Below are positions 1 to 13,449 of a stretch of DNA of 64,000 nucleotides, piece after piece; positions within the stretch are counted from its first letter, which is position 1; every line of letters begins with the position of its first letter. Under the pieces are notes generated by a model. It made no database searches. It worked only from the letters and a program-made list of their open reading frames with translations, and was not told the DNA's origin. The stretch is from Marsupella aquatica (taxonomy: Eukaryota > Plantae > Marchantiophyta): contig OZ316898.1 of assembly GCA_973895155.1 (NCBI GenBank), positions 684,751 through 748,750 on the forward strand, in the 5' to 3' direction. The translations under genes were made by a program, and so were the position numbers.

Positions 1-636
1 CTTGCTTTTCTAACACTTCAGTTCTACGCACGCGTGTTGCAGTTAATTATGAGTGCTTTGATAATGAAGGAACATTTTTGTCTTCAAGTAGTCTCATTAT
101 GTGCAACGGGTCTATACATGTTCCAAAATGCTGGGAAAACCTCCACTGATTTTGCCATTGCAAGACTCCTGTGATGTTAGGAATCCAGAGCTAAACTGTC
201 TGGGGAATGAGATGTTCCTCAGTGATTTTCTCTTAGACTCCTGGCTATCCCATGTCGAGGTTCATTCACAGTAGTACCAGACATACAAGCCGAAGTTGTA
301 ATTCATTTGGAGAAAAAGGAGTTTCGCCTGGGACTGAACGAATGAGTTACCAGGGAACCCAATGTGCCACTTGGCTGCTCGTGCAGACAGTTTCATCGGT
401 TTAATGGTGCAGATTCAGTTCCCAGTAGCACAAATATTATTATATCAACGCTCTCTGTCAGCCCTACTATTGTAAATGGGACAACGACAATACTAGGGCT
501 GGAATGGTTTTTGCCCTGAAATTCAACTTTAATACGTAAAGGACAGTATACAGAGAAAATTGTTCACATTTGTTACCTCTAATCCAGTATTGGTCCTGCA
601 TGTTTGACCAGGAGGTGATTTAGTATTAAGATATAC

Positions 637-2540
637 CTTTAATTAAGACAATCGGGTCGTTCTTCCCTTTAGCTCGCTTCAGCATTTTATCTTTACGAGG
701 TATTCAAAACACTACAAAAATTCCAAAGTTGCTGATTCTCTCTTCTTTTGCCTCGGTGTAAGTTTCACGAGTTGTAGCAGGATGCTCCTGCTTCAGAAAG
801 CCCGACTCCCAAGACCCAACATGGTCAAACATTCGAAGCCTCTGTTCTGTTGTAGGTCTGTCTTCCGAGCCAAGTCTACCATTTCTAGCAGGATCATTTT
901 GCTCCAGAAAATCCGACACCGAAGATCCACCGTCCGCAGAACTTTCAGGGCTCTCTTCTAGACAAGTTTTTGCTATTGATCTAACTTCACAGCTTCCAGC
1001 AGGTTTGTCTAGCTCGAGGAAGTTCGATTCCCAAGGTTTAAGATCATCTTCAAAGCTTTCAAACCTCCTTTCAAAAGAACTCTTATCGGCTAAACCAATT
1101 TTACGGCTTCCAATAGGATTTTCCTGCATCACAAAGCCTGAATCCCAATATCCACCAACTTCAAAACTGATGAGACTGTCTTCTGAACCTACTCTTCCTT
1201 CAGAGCCATCAAGAATGGTTCCAACAGTATCATTCTGTTCCAGAAAGTTTGGACTTCTAGATCCAGAAAATTCTTCGAAACTTGCTAGCCTCTCTCCTGA
1301 ACGCTCTGTTGACCTGGAGGTAATTTCAAAGGTTCCAGCAGGGTTAACCTGCTTCAGAACGTCTGAGTCCCAGAATTCTAAATCTTCAAGAATTGTAAAG
1401 CCCTCACCTGGAATGGTCCCTCCCTTTGCACCGCGTTCAAAGGTTCCAAGAGGATATTCCTGCTCCCGAAAGTTTGAGTCCCAGGATCCAATATTATCTT
1501 CAAAACTGGAAAGAGGCTCTTCTGAAATGGATGCCTTACTACCGAATTGACAGGAATGAACAGGATTGTCAACCTCCAGAAAGTCTGAACCCCAGGACTG
1601 ACCGCCTTCAAGATTTGGGCACATCTGTGCGGAAGATTGGCAGCGGCTCAAATCAGTACCGTCGAGACCATCCAAAGATATGAATCTTATATTGGCCGTG
1701 ACCGGCACGTTCCAGCTCGTTTCCAGGAAGCATTCGGGGGAATTAGTAGCTCCGTTTTGAGAAGAAGTGTTCAAGTTTCCACTGTCAGGTTTCCGTGGAA
1801 TTGTATCTTGCATTCGCATGAAGTCCAATGTTGGAGAGGCAATTCGCTTAGGATTTTCTTGTGAGGCTAACCGCCAGCTGGCATTAGAAACCATTGGAGA
1901 ACTACACGAATAGTTTCTCTGCAGTCGGCAGGAAACGTTATTTTCCGATCTGGCAGGACCAAAAAGAGTACCCAAAAATGAACTGGATTCGCGTAGCTTC
2001 GGATTGACTCTACAAATCTAAGGCTTTTGATGCTTTCCTGAATTGATGAAACATGTATTAAAGTGAAGTCAGCCACTCCAGACAAACAGATTCTGTGATT
2101 CTATTAGCGTAATGGAAACTGAAGTGCTTGTCTCCATCGCAGTTGTCCTGACCTGCATCTGAAGTTGAGAAATTCGGAGCTCCTGGTCAGCAACCTCAAC
2201 AGTAGGCAGAGTTCCTATCTTGGATAAAGATGTAGCACGAGCTCTGGCAATACGACACTTCAGAGATGAGCTGGCGTAATTTTCACCAAGACAATTTCGC
2301 CTACATTGTACACTACGGACTTTTGAAATGACAAAGACATGCAGTGAAATGTTATGCCGAGAGTGACGGAAAGCATGTCCCAAAATTACACTTGCTGGAT
2401 ATTTCAATCTTTTCGCCAACTACTGCCCTAAATTCTCGTCCGGAATTTGGAAAACCTTCACCAGGATATCAAGAACCAGGAGAGCATTCTGTTGTGACAA
2501 CCTGTCTGAGGCGTTCACGGTTAGAAGATTTCATCACTGC
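637..2540 (-). pseudogene. Decayed large exon encoding a protein with about 8 tandem 37-38-aa repeats (consensus GSW[DE]S[NDG]FLEQ[ED]NPxG[TS]); function unknown
   Basis: ORF 704..1975 contains GQSWGSDFLEVDNP, IGSWDSNFREQEYP, LEFWDSDVLKQVNP, SGSRSPNFLEQNDT, GGYWDSGFVMQENP, LKPWESNFLELDKP, GGSSVSDFLEQNDP and VGSWESGFLKQEHP. ORF 2069..2419 is in the same frame, separated by in-frame stops. The frame also continues past the stop at 704 (IPRKDKMLKRAKGKND) to a possible AAAG|GTATAT donor near 637. Boundaries are approximate. Confidence 0.55.
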
Positions 2541-2554
2541 TTGAAGCATTGTTA

Positions 2555-2638
2555 CTCCCTCCTTGTCGGAAGTTCTTCAAAATAAAGGACCCCCGGGCAT
2601 TACGGTCCTTTATTTTGGAGAACATCCTCAAGGGAGGG
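2555..2638. mobile_element. Miniature Stowaway-like (Tc1/mariner) MITE forming a hairpin
   Basis: TA followed by CTCCCTCC (Stowaway TIR signature). Arms ctccctccttgtcggaagttcttcaaaataaaggacc and ggtcctttattttggagaacatcctcaagggaggg are near-complementary. Confidence 0.6.
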
Positions 2639-5600
2639 TTTTTACCTTAACCTTTCCGGAGACTGGAATGCACAATATACTTATCTCCTCACAACAATGA
2701 AAAACGAAGGTACTTATAGCTCGGTGTTGTCTAAAACTTGGAGGGAGCTTTGAACCTCACCTTTTCGATCGGACAGAAATTGGTGCGCTTTGGAGTAGAT
2801 TTTCCAGCATGGGTGGATCAGTCCTGCCATATCCTGCAAGGTCACCTACTTATCTCAAGAACGCTGTAGAAACATTCGTTGCGGAATGTACAAACTAGAT
2901 CCTGCATCATCGGCATGATTGTAGAATACAAGCAATTGCTTCTAGACCTTTCGAGGCAAAGGCAGCATAGGGCTCAGTTGATGGCTTCTGTTTGGATTCA
3001 TCTTCGTTCTTGTCAGTGAGTATGTCAAGAACCCTGAAGCCTGCACAGCAATTTCGCCTGTTATTGTGCTCCTAGTCTTTCCTGACTCTCCTTATTACCA
3101 GAGCACCAACGTTACTGTACGTTCACTGGTGTAGAGATAACCAAAATGTTGAAAAGTCACGCTGTCAAATGAAAACCATCTCACAATGGTTTGGATTCGG
3201 TAGAGGCTCGGCTGCTGTCCGAGGTGGTTGAGAGGACAGCGACTGCCTTGGAATGTTGATGGACTTCTCGGCTTGCCTTGCCTGGGCCAACAACTCTTGA
3301 GGCAAAACATTGGTGGTCGATGAATCTCTCTCTGGGGCCCACTGCCGTTTTGCATAACCTCTGCAATTGTAAACGATTATACGAAAGAATAAGAAACTAG
3401 ATCTGCTCCGTCTGCGCGCTTCATCCCATCTTTACACCGCCTTTTCAGATTATAATGTTCCGCCTCGTCCTCTTTCCGCAAGAAAGTTGTCTTCACGAGG
3501 ACGAAAAAATGACAAACACCTGATGGGCACTCTCAAGCAACGTACTTCACTCTTTGGAGACCAGTAGTCCTTGGCATTCCCGTTCTGGACTTTCCCAGCG
3601 ATGCAACTGGATGTCAATATGAAGTAAAATAAATGTCAGAAACCTCAGGAAACGGGTCAGGAAACAATATTTATCGAAGGCCAGCAACACATCCGATGCT
3701 TAATTGGAACGTGTGACAAAATGTTCCCAACATCGGAGGGTTTAGTAAATACTAGGAACCTAAACTACTCCTGTTTCGTGTAGACCATGCAGTAATCCAT
3801 CTAAGAACAAAGACATAACACAGAGATTTCACAAAACACAAAGAGATTTGACAGAGGGTGAAATAGAGATCATGTAACAGAGAGAGATACATCAGCGAGA
3901 AATGAACGAGTGACATAACAAAGAGATTCAATGCGGAACAAGTCGGACGATGTCAAATGCCACTTGCCAGATTGAAGGAATTCGAGGCCACCATGCGACT
4001 TTTCATTCCTCGATGCGAGCCTCGATGTCGCAACTAAGTCTTTTCCTGGCGATCCTTGACCGGCTTCCCTGTCCTCCACTACACGGTTTTCTGCTTTCAC
4101 AGTCTTTAATACTATCTCAATCATATGAATACAATACAGACTATTCATACCTGATGCTCCAGCCAAAATGGAGGCTCAACGTAAAAACTAGCGCTCTAAC
4201 CCGACCTATAAGACTAGTCACTAATACCATATGAACATGATTTGACCATTACTAATCAATGACTGCCTTGTAAATACTTCCAGATATCTGCGACTAGCTT
4301 TGAAAAACGAACGGCGCCAGATTGTCGGCAGGACGATTGGAGACAGACAGGGGACAGACATGACTTATCAACGAAATCGGCGCTTTTACCTGAGTTTTCC
4401 GAAGAGCTCTCGGTGGGAGCTCTCTCCTTCGGGCACAAGAGTTCCAGGCCTAAAATATCAAGTGATTGTTCTTGCGAAGTCGGATTATTCGATCGTCCGC
4501 CTTTGAACTCACTGCGAACTACTTGGCGATGGTCATGGAAATGCTCCGGGAACTTGGACAGATTTCTCCAGCAGGGAACCCTCGTGATCGTCCGGCCCTC
4601 TGTTTTCTCGGCCAATACCTTAAGTCGCTGCTCAAAATATTGATGTTGTCTACAGCAGAAATAACAATTGGAATCGGTAATGTGCAATCCACCTCAGATA
4701 ACTTTACTTAAAAACTGCTGCAAGTGTGCTAAGCATTCTACTTCCAAGTTCAGGCTGCTGGAAATATTCATATATGCCTTCGTCCCAACGCAAGTTTAAG
4801 AAAGAACACAAAAAACACCCTCCGATTACAGTGACTCACATATTTTTTGTTGAACGTTTTTTCTGTCGATAGTGAAGCGATAGTCGACGTATGGTCATGC
4901 GACAACAGCACGGCGTCAGCAGCTAGCTTCGATACGAGATACTTTCTAGAGATAAATTAGGTACGTTAACCCGAAGATCCTCAAGGCTCACGCCTTCATA
5001 AATTATGGAGATTCAATTACGTCCAAAATGTTCGTATCAAAGTTGTCGCACTGGTATCTCTTGAAATTGGCGGGCATATAACGTGGATGAGAAAACTGAC
5101 GAGCATTTCATGTTTCATGTAAATAGTTCTCTCGCCCATCGTGATAAGATTTGCTATCTGACAAATTTTACGACTCTGAGACACACTGGAATGAGGAAAC
5201 AGACTGTCCATTTCGATATCCCTGGCCAGGCTATCCAACATGAGATGCCGGAACGCATCGGTCCGCCATGCAAACGAATTTTATAGAGAGTATTTTCATG
5301 ACAATGATACCGGAGACCACTAAGTCAGAGCTCGGAAGGATGATAAACAGAGCGTCCGTTTCTACATCGACGTCCAATTCAATCCGTGCTGCTAAAACTC
5401 TATATTCAGCGTTGAGAGGAATTTGACGACGATTGTCCCCGTAAACACTCATTGCGTGGACCATATTATTTTCCATAAATCCGGTCAGTGCACCTTTGGT
5501 TCAGATAACATGACCGGGAACATGACACTGACATTTAACATCCGCATTTATGGTGGTGACGATGACAGAAAAAGGAGCGCGCTGTACGCCTGTTAGCGCT

Positions 5601-6103
5601 GCCAACAGGGACATCGATAGAACAACGTATCAATGGATTCACAAGAATGAATACTTGGACGGAAAGGAAATGAACAGACGAATGCATGATTGTCGATAGA
5701 TTACAAGCTGGCACTGACTTCCCTGAGCTTTCGTCGAGATCCGCCCATCCAGTGCAACATTTCGCCGATCAATAGACAAAAGTCCCGTCCGTCCAGTGTC
5801 TTGAAGATGGAACCCGATCGGTTGATGCAAGCTCGAACCTGGTGAAGGTTAACGTTGAACAGTCAGTCCGAGCTACACAATGTTGCGTCGGAGGCGGGGT
5901 GAGAGAGATCGTTACACGGCATGAGGGTGAACCTCAATCGCTTCGTGCATCACTTCAATAAGTAGTGAAAAGTAAATGTCTAGGATGATGGTGGTCTGGG
6001 TTATTAGCCAGAAATGGAGGAAAACCTGACCTGCTCCACCAGGGAAGCTTTCTTTGAGCAAAGCTTTCCTCAGCTTTCTTTGAGCAGAGAGTTTAGGCTA
6101 GAA

Positions 6104-6214
6104 CCCTTGCCAAGAACTCCATTATAGTACCTAATTATACCCTTGCCAAAACCTTCATTAATCATAGTAACTAATTATATCCTTGCCAAGACCTCCATTA
6201 TAGTACCTAATTAT
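6104..6214. repeat. Tandem repeat, about 36-40 bp x3
   Basis: cccttgccaag(a)a(c)ctccattatagtacctaattata repeated three times with small indels. Confidence 0.85.
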
Positions 6215-6383
6215 TGTTTGTGAAATGGTTCCTTTCAGGCAAGAGATTATGGGAATACATAACTAGGAAGATGGTTACAAACTAATAACCTTGCCCTCAG
6301 GACAGGAACTACTATGAGGACTTACTATGAGTATGTCATTCTTGTCCATCACTAGCCTGAGTGCCAGTTCTTTTATTGACTTA

Positions 6384-6722
6384 ATGGTGCGTCTCAAAAA
6401 AGGCCAATAGGTGAGGTACTTTTATGGCCGGGATAGAAACCTTATGGGTTACCTATTATGGCGTATCAAAACACTATCATAATCAAGGTCTTATGACTAT
6501 AACAATTTGGACGTCTGATCCTTGCGGAGCCGGGCTTGATTGTATAAAAGTACCTGTAAGGTTTTATCCCGACCATAAAACCATTTTCTTTCCTTGGCCA
6601 TACCATTTTCTTTCCTTGGCCATACCTAGGGTATGTAGATAGGTAACGCCTAAGGTTTTTGTCCCTGCCCTAAAACCATTTGATGTCTACCTCACTTATG
6701 ACTCTGTTTTGAGACACCCCAT
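6384..6722. mobile_element. Tourist-like (PIF/Harbinger) MITE, about 339 bp
   Basis: Imperfect TIRs of about 35 bp (atggtgcgtctcaaaaaaggccaataggtgaggta / tacctcacttatgactctgttttgagacaccccat) flanked by TTA at 6381-6383 and 6723-6725. Confidence 0.65.
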
Positions 6723-8725
6723 TTACATGCCCAGTAAGGATCAGACTTCCAAAAAGTCACAGCCATAAGCTCTGACTTGCTAATGGGAGTGCTTTGACAC
6801 TACTTAATGCCCTTCATAATTTTTTGTCCAACAATCACATGAGTACTGGTTCTTTTAAGTAAGTTAATGTCTGGAATGATGAGCTCGTGCCTGTTCTTTT
6901 TAAATTAGTCGATGCACAGATATTCAGAGCATTCTTGGAGAATAAGAATGCACAGGCAAGATTTGGATAACTCAAATTATTAAGATTTTCCTCGCATTCT
7001 TGGAGAAAAAGAATACACAGTCAAGATTTTACTCGCCTTCTCTAAAAATAAGAACCGGATACTTTCATAGCATATTATATAGATGTGAACTTGTAAGGAC
7101 TATTTTGAAATGAAAAGTACTCTCGTTGCAAAATGTGGAGTGCGCCGTGAAGCTCCTTAAAAAGTCAGGTCAGCAAGCAGGCTATGGCGGTAGCTATCGC
7201 TTAGGTTTTCTTTTTTGTTTCCGAGGTACGAAATTTCGCAAAAGGAGCAGCTATAGGGAATTATGTAACAAACATCTAATAACGAGAGTCGGAGAATGGC
7301 TGGATTAGCGGGGGATTCGAGGCCAGCCAACGGTAAGTGGGACATGTCACATGTTGTTAGGAGCAGGTACGTCGGATTCGGAAGGGAGCGGCGGAAAATA
7401 GGCTATAGGTACTTTCCCTCGGCAGGCGTGATGTCAGGACTCAGGAAGAAAAAGAATATCGCAATGCAGGTACCAGAATGGGAGAATGGCTGAATGGGAC
7501 AGAAGCGAGTGGGAGCCGCAAAATATAAAGAAAACGTACTGTACATTATTATTGGCAGTGAAATCGCCAGAGCTTTAAATCTTATCTCCACTTCTCTGTC
7601 GATATGTGCGGCAACGAGGCTGCCCGTTGCATTTTGCGCTCCATTTCTGTTCGTCTTGAGAATACTCAAGATACTAGCGTCTTTAGATTCCTGCGTTTTG
7701 TTTGTGCTCTTGTTGCGATCCGTGAACTGTTTTCGCTCAAGACCTTCTCTGTGACTCACACTGGTGTCGACGGAAGCGCTTTCTCAAATTGTTGCTTTAG
7801 ATCCTCCGCGATGTACTTAACTAGTTCGACCGTGAGTTCGGGTTTTTCGTTTTCACCCTACGTCCTGCCCCTTTTAGCAAAAATTATATTCTTCCGTTCT
7901 GATCCTGTGGTGCTGGTGAGCTTTTTTATAATCGATGGCACTGGAAACACCAGTAATCGGGGCCTAGGTATCTGCTTGGTCTAAGCCGATTTAACTGCTT
8001 CTGTTCAGACGTTAAACTTTCACCCTCAATGCAAACTCCTTTGTTCATGTCGACATCGTCTCCAATCACAGTCAGGCTTGCAGCTTAAAAGGCTACCGTT
8101 CTGTTGAACAACATGTGCTGCCAGCCTAAGGAGCCCGAAACAGAGACGCTATAGAGATCCATGTGAGAAGATGTGTGTTTTCATTTGGCAGCATCCACCC
8201 CGGTTTGCATTATCTCTATTCCTTGATTCGTTCGCCAGATTTTCATTACAGGAAGCCAGGGGATGGGCGCCCTGAGATGAGATCATTCTAGACTTCCCCT
8301 CGCACCGCTCGTACACAGTTCGAATAGATTCCATATAGTTTTTAAGCTCTCACGTAGATGGATGGCCAGTGTCCATAACCTACGACGCCTTTGTAAAATC
8401 CACCATTCTAAGTTTCACATTAATGCCCCCAGTCATCTCACGCATCTGGACGAATCGTGCATCTTCAGTAGATGGCCCCACTAGCCAATCTGTGGGAGCG
8501 ATTCTCATTACCGTGTACGGAGTCTCCGGTTGCCCGTGCCCTTATTTCGGCATCTGGAGTGACGAATTCCTACTGTTATATTTACAAATTATAGTAATGC
8601 TAGGTGTACAATCTTGCAAGGTCGACTCACAATAAAACCATCCTGGTGTTCCGTAACATTTATTCGGGACAGATGTTGAAGTGCTTACGAAATTTTTAGT
8701 GTCTTTTCGATTCCGGACTAAGTGG

Positions 8726-8811
8726 TTTGCTTTATTTTGCCGCTGTTCCTTGTAGACGAGAACTGACATTTGCTTTATTTTGCCGCTGTTCCTTGTAGAC
8801 GAGAACTGACA
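8726..8811. repeat. Perfect 43-bp tandem duplication
   Basis: tttgctttattttgccgctgttccttgtagacgagaactgaca x2. Confidence 0.95.
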
Positions 8812-9374
8812 ACCATTCTTTTGGAAGTACCGCAGATTGACTCGTGGTTGGAGGGTATCGCTCTTCTTGCGTTTTAAAGTCGAAGCCCATGCAGGAAAGT
8901 AGTAGAAAGGAGGGATGACGAAGGTTAAGTCAGGGCGGCGAGTGGAGGAAGAAGAAGAAAGAAAAAGAGTTTTGAAGGGGCAGGAGAACCAGGAAGGCGG
9001 GAGGGCACCGCAGAAAATGGGAATCTCCTCAAGCGAGCATTGGCGAAATGGCCGGGACTGTCATGTTTCTCCTCTTCTTTCCCCTCCTCTTCCTCGAGTT
9101 TCATCCCGCAATGATTATCTCATCGTCCTAATTTGCGGCATCACTTTCCCTCACTTCCCCCGACTCTCCCGAGCCTCCGAGCGTGACTTCCGGACAACAG
9201 AAAACGGCTGGATCGGTTGGATATGAATGAATGAGTGTTCTTTGCAATCGAACTCCGTATGGGATGGCTGATGGCAGCACCTTTTTGAGTACTTGATCTT
9301 CCTTCCCCGTATTTCAATGTTATTCGAGTAAATTTGCATCAGATTATTACTTCTGCCAGTAGAGGGAGCCATCT

Positions 9375-9530
9375 TCTCAAAGAAAACACTAAACCCTTAA
9401 ACCCTTTCTTATCGAGTACATCTCGAACCACGACCTGTTTCTTCTATCCACATCTCAAAGAAAACACTAAACCCTCAAACCCTTTCATCTCGAGTACATC
9501 TCGAACCCCGACCTGTTCCTTCTATCCACA
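9375..9530. repeat. 78-bp tandem duplication
   Basis: tctcaaagaaaacactaaaccct...cgagtacatctcgaacc..acctgtt..ttctatccaca x2 with a few substitutions. Confidence 0.9.
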
Positions 9531-10027
9531 ATTATTTAGTGGGATTGAAAGTACAATGAGTTTGATACCCGCAAATATATCGCCATGATGAGGCAAGGCG
9601 AATAGACACGAGTTCTACGCATTCCATCTGAGTCAGTTGTTCTTGTACGGTGGATCACCGATGGTCATCGATCACGGACTCCTTATATCGAGCTATACAG
9701 TACCACCGATGTGCTGATCCATTACGACATCATGATGATAAAACGTAGAGCACAAGGGGCGGCTGGACTGATAGAATGGGAACGATCTCCACGTCGTTCC
9801 GGGTCGAAGTATGATATGTTCTGGATATGTTCAAAAGAATCCAGTACTGTTCACCTTTTTCTTATTGTTAAACGAGTAGGTTTAGTTGAGTATGGAGGAA
9901 AATCTCGACAATGCTAAAACGGAGAACTGCATTGCACCGTAACGAATGAGTGGATTGAAGGCCAATACTGGGTCGAGAACGAGTCCACTATGTCTGCCCC
10001 AGCGTCTCATATACTACTGTAGGTCTT

Positions 10028-10330
10028 GATCAGTATCCAAGGAATGTAATATTTTATCAAATAGTTTGATAAAATAGGACAGGCAAGGCAGTTGATTAGT
10101 ATCCATGGAATTGTAGATATCTTATTAAATAGTAAGCGCATTGCAATGGTGGAAGAGACAGGCAAGGCTGTCGATTAGTATCCAAGGAAAATGTAAATAT
10201 TTTATCAAATAAGAAATGCACAGTTATGGTGGAAGGGACAGGCAAGGCTGTCGATTAGTATCCAAGGAAATGTAAATATTGTATCAAATAAGAAATGCAC
10301 AGTTATGGTGGAAGTTTCAGGACAGGCAAA
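10028..10330. repeat. Minisatellite, about 78-80 bp x4 (degenerate toward the left)
   Basis: Recurring gattagtatccaaggaa(a)tgtaaatattttatcaaata...atggtggaag..gacaggcaaggc units. Confidence 0.85.
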
Positions 10331-13300
10331 GCGACAGCTGCAGTGTATATATACTGTGTGGGATATGCAGGGCAAATTCAAGACACTAATCTATATTTGA
10401 GCACAAAGAAGACGCACGCTGCAGTATTGTGGTAGCGAACACAACACTGTTGACCAGTACAAAGACTTCTTTCATGCTCACTGGAAAACACTCGTAACGA
10501 AAGCTCTAGTTCCTCAGGTTGGTGAGAAGTCAAACGTGCGGATATCTTACCGATTTTTGTCACGAAGTAACAACTTTGGTCAAATCGAATTTAATCACAA
10601 ACCGTATTATTTCATGGTGATCTGATATATATTATGGGTGTGGAATTCAGGCACTGTCGATTTGGATCCTGGTAAAGCAAAGATGTTGGCTGCCCTGGTT
10701 CATCGTTTCTCACATGCCCGAGTACTATTGACAGAATCGGATGGCCTCATGATTTGGGGACCATGTGTGGCGTGGGAAGCTTCAAAAAGCAAAACATGTG
10801 CGTATATTTCCAGTTTGCTGATATCCACTTCTACCTCTCTATGGAAGATAATGTTGACAGCAGTAGCTACGAAATCTATTTGTAGAGCTCCCACTGCACT
10901 TGTAGGTATGTACAGTATTTGATGTGTGGTGGAGACTCCTTCCATTACCTCCAACTTGGTGATTCGGGCCCAACTCTTTCTGAGATAGGTCTGTCCATAC
11001 TGTTCCAAGAAACCAGATTATGCACCACTGACTAATACGGTGTCAAGAAACCAGATCCGATATGACTTTCTCTTATTGTGACCCAAAGAACAGAGACCTC
11101 AAGTTCGCTGTTGTTGGCTTGGCTGTGATGAGACAGCCAAAAGCTCCTACCTTTCTCTTTTGCCATGATAAGAGCAGAGGATTTGAATTCACTCCGTTCT
11201 GAAGAGAACAATGACCTTCACCATTCAAGGTGTTTCAGGACTGATAATCAATATTGTAATGGCTTACATACTCTTCGAGAAAAGAAGAAGGCCAGGGTAA
11301 TAATACGTCAGCGCTAGTCTGACAATGATAATGAAACATTTTTAAGTCTGGTCAAACCTTCTAGTGCTTTTTGCTACACGGAATGAAATCAATTTCCCAA
11401 TTTTGACAAGCTGCATTAAAATGATAGGGTTTCCTTTGTCATTAAAACTGCTTCATAATATTGAAGCCAAATGTTCTAACAAATTTATGCAATGTTCTAA
11501 CAAATTATTCTCGAAGGGACTGGGCCAGTCGACTGGTGTCCAACTCCTTTTAAGACGTAAATTATGGTCATATTTATCTCGATTGTCAAGGTTTATTTGT
11601 GGAGCCTAGTCTAAGAGTTTCTAAATATTTCTTTGGAGCCGACATACTTGAAGAAGAGGCTGTCTGGAAAGAACTTTGCTGTTGCTTTTGTTGTTGCTTT
11701 TGAAACCTCTTTATGGCATACCATCGACCACCACGGAACCCCAAGCCATACCTGCATTCAAGAATTTGTTTCCCAGCCAATTGTAGCTCCAATTAGTATC
11801 AAGGTTCACTTGAGAGTATGCTTTGAAGGCATGAAGAAAAGAAAAAGGATAACAGGAAGCAAGAAGAAGGATTCAAGGCCTTACCCAATTACGAGTGTGG
11901 TACCAGCAGTTGCGACACATGCAGTGTAGCTTACACCCACATTTTTAGTTAGGGCCTTGACTTGTTCCTCTTCCAAATTGTGGACGGTAGTCATCTGGAA
12001 CCATCCACACAGAATGCGCCCAAAGGTTAGTTGCTACCTCTGGGCCTACATGGGCAACCCTTGATTGTAGATAGGAAAGCCAGAGGGCCAGGCGTCTGTG
12101 CGAACACAAATATAAAGAGAATGAGCTTTCTAGAAAAAAATTCGCCATTGTAACAGAGCAAATGATGTCAACAGGAAGTCCAGTAAAGTAGCTTACAACA
12201 TGTTCCAAGGATTTCAGCCGATCTTCAACCTTCTTTTGGTGTACTTGACGCGCAGTGTATCCTGTAGAACAACATGATGTAAGACTGTGAATTCAAGTAC
12301 ACTCTGAGAAAAGATTGAGAATTTCGCAGCTAGAGTTGAGTTCCTACTTTCCCGCAGTCGAAACTATGCATCACACAAAAATTGTCCGTGCTTTGTTCTT
12401 GCAGCTATGCAATTGGATATCGAACAGTGAGAGTGCTCTGCTAGTGCTCTGTGATCAGTAACATCAGGAAAATTAGGGATGCCTACCGGCCCAAGCAGCT
12501 CCAGCTGACGCAAGAGATGCTCCGATAGTGAAGACCACATTGTGCTTCTCGAACACAACCTGGAACAGATGAGCAAACTTTCCTCAACATCTTGACGCAG
12601 ACAGACCATACTAATTGCGTACCTTCCGGACACGAACAATCTCGACTAGGGCCTAAAAATCCCTAACTTAGAAGTTGACATCCCTGTGAAGAGAATTATT
12701 GCTTCACTGGAGGATCCGACCACGTAACCGCAACGAAGCGCAATATTTCAGATTACCAATAGTAAATGAGGATCCTGATTGAGCTAGGAATGCAATTGAG
12801 AAGTGAGTTCATTGGAATTGAGGAAGATAAATCTTCAAGCTTACTCTCTACTCTTCTAGATCACAGGAAGAATTGAATTCGACGAGTTAACATATTTCAC
12901 CTTGACTGATTCGAATGTGTCCACCACGGATCGTTTCCCGTGGACTAATTTAGAGCGCAGGTGCTGCATCCTGTCACCGATGTCCCTCTCTTGCGAGAAG
13001 CATTTCTCTTGGGTACCGTATGTCTCATTCAAGTCTCTGAAATTAGGGCAGTGTCAAGGGGTGCAAGGAGAGATATGCTTAGTAGACCCCATTCTGGAAA
13101 ACGTTTCTCCAATCTGGATTGTTGATGGACCTTTCAATCTCAGATCTGGACCATTCATAGACCTCAAGGGGTAGATCAAGTAACAACTTTCATTTTGGGG
13201 GTTGATCAAGCAAAAGTGGTAAATAAATAAGATTGCACTTTTCTTTACTAAAATTATATATTTACAAAAAGGGCCAAACTAAGTACAAAGAAGTCCAGGG

Positions 13301-13449
13301 TAACACTTAGGGAGCAAAGGAAACTCCAAAGAAGGAAAGAAACAAGGGATAACAAGTAGGGAAAGAGCTACCTTTGCCACAATGTAAAGGAGTTAACAGT
13401 CCACATGTGCTCCACAATGGGATGAACTAATTATGGTCTACATTGAGGG

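Noticed and set aside
1005-1683. Plus-strand ORFs 1005..1550 and 1426..1683
   Set aside because: Antisense shadows of the repeat ORF.
10028-10330. CRISPR-like appearance of spaced repeats (also 6104-6214)
   Set aside because: The units repeat in full with no unique spacers, there are no cas genes, and the context is eukaryotic.
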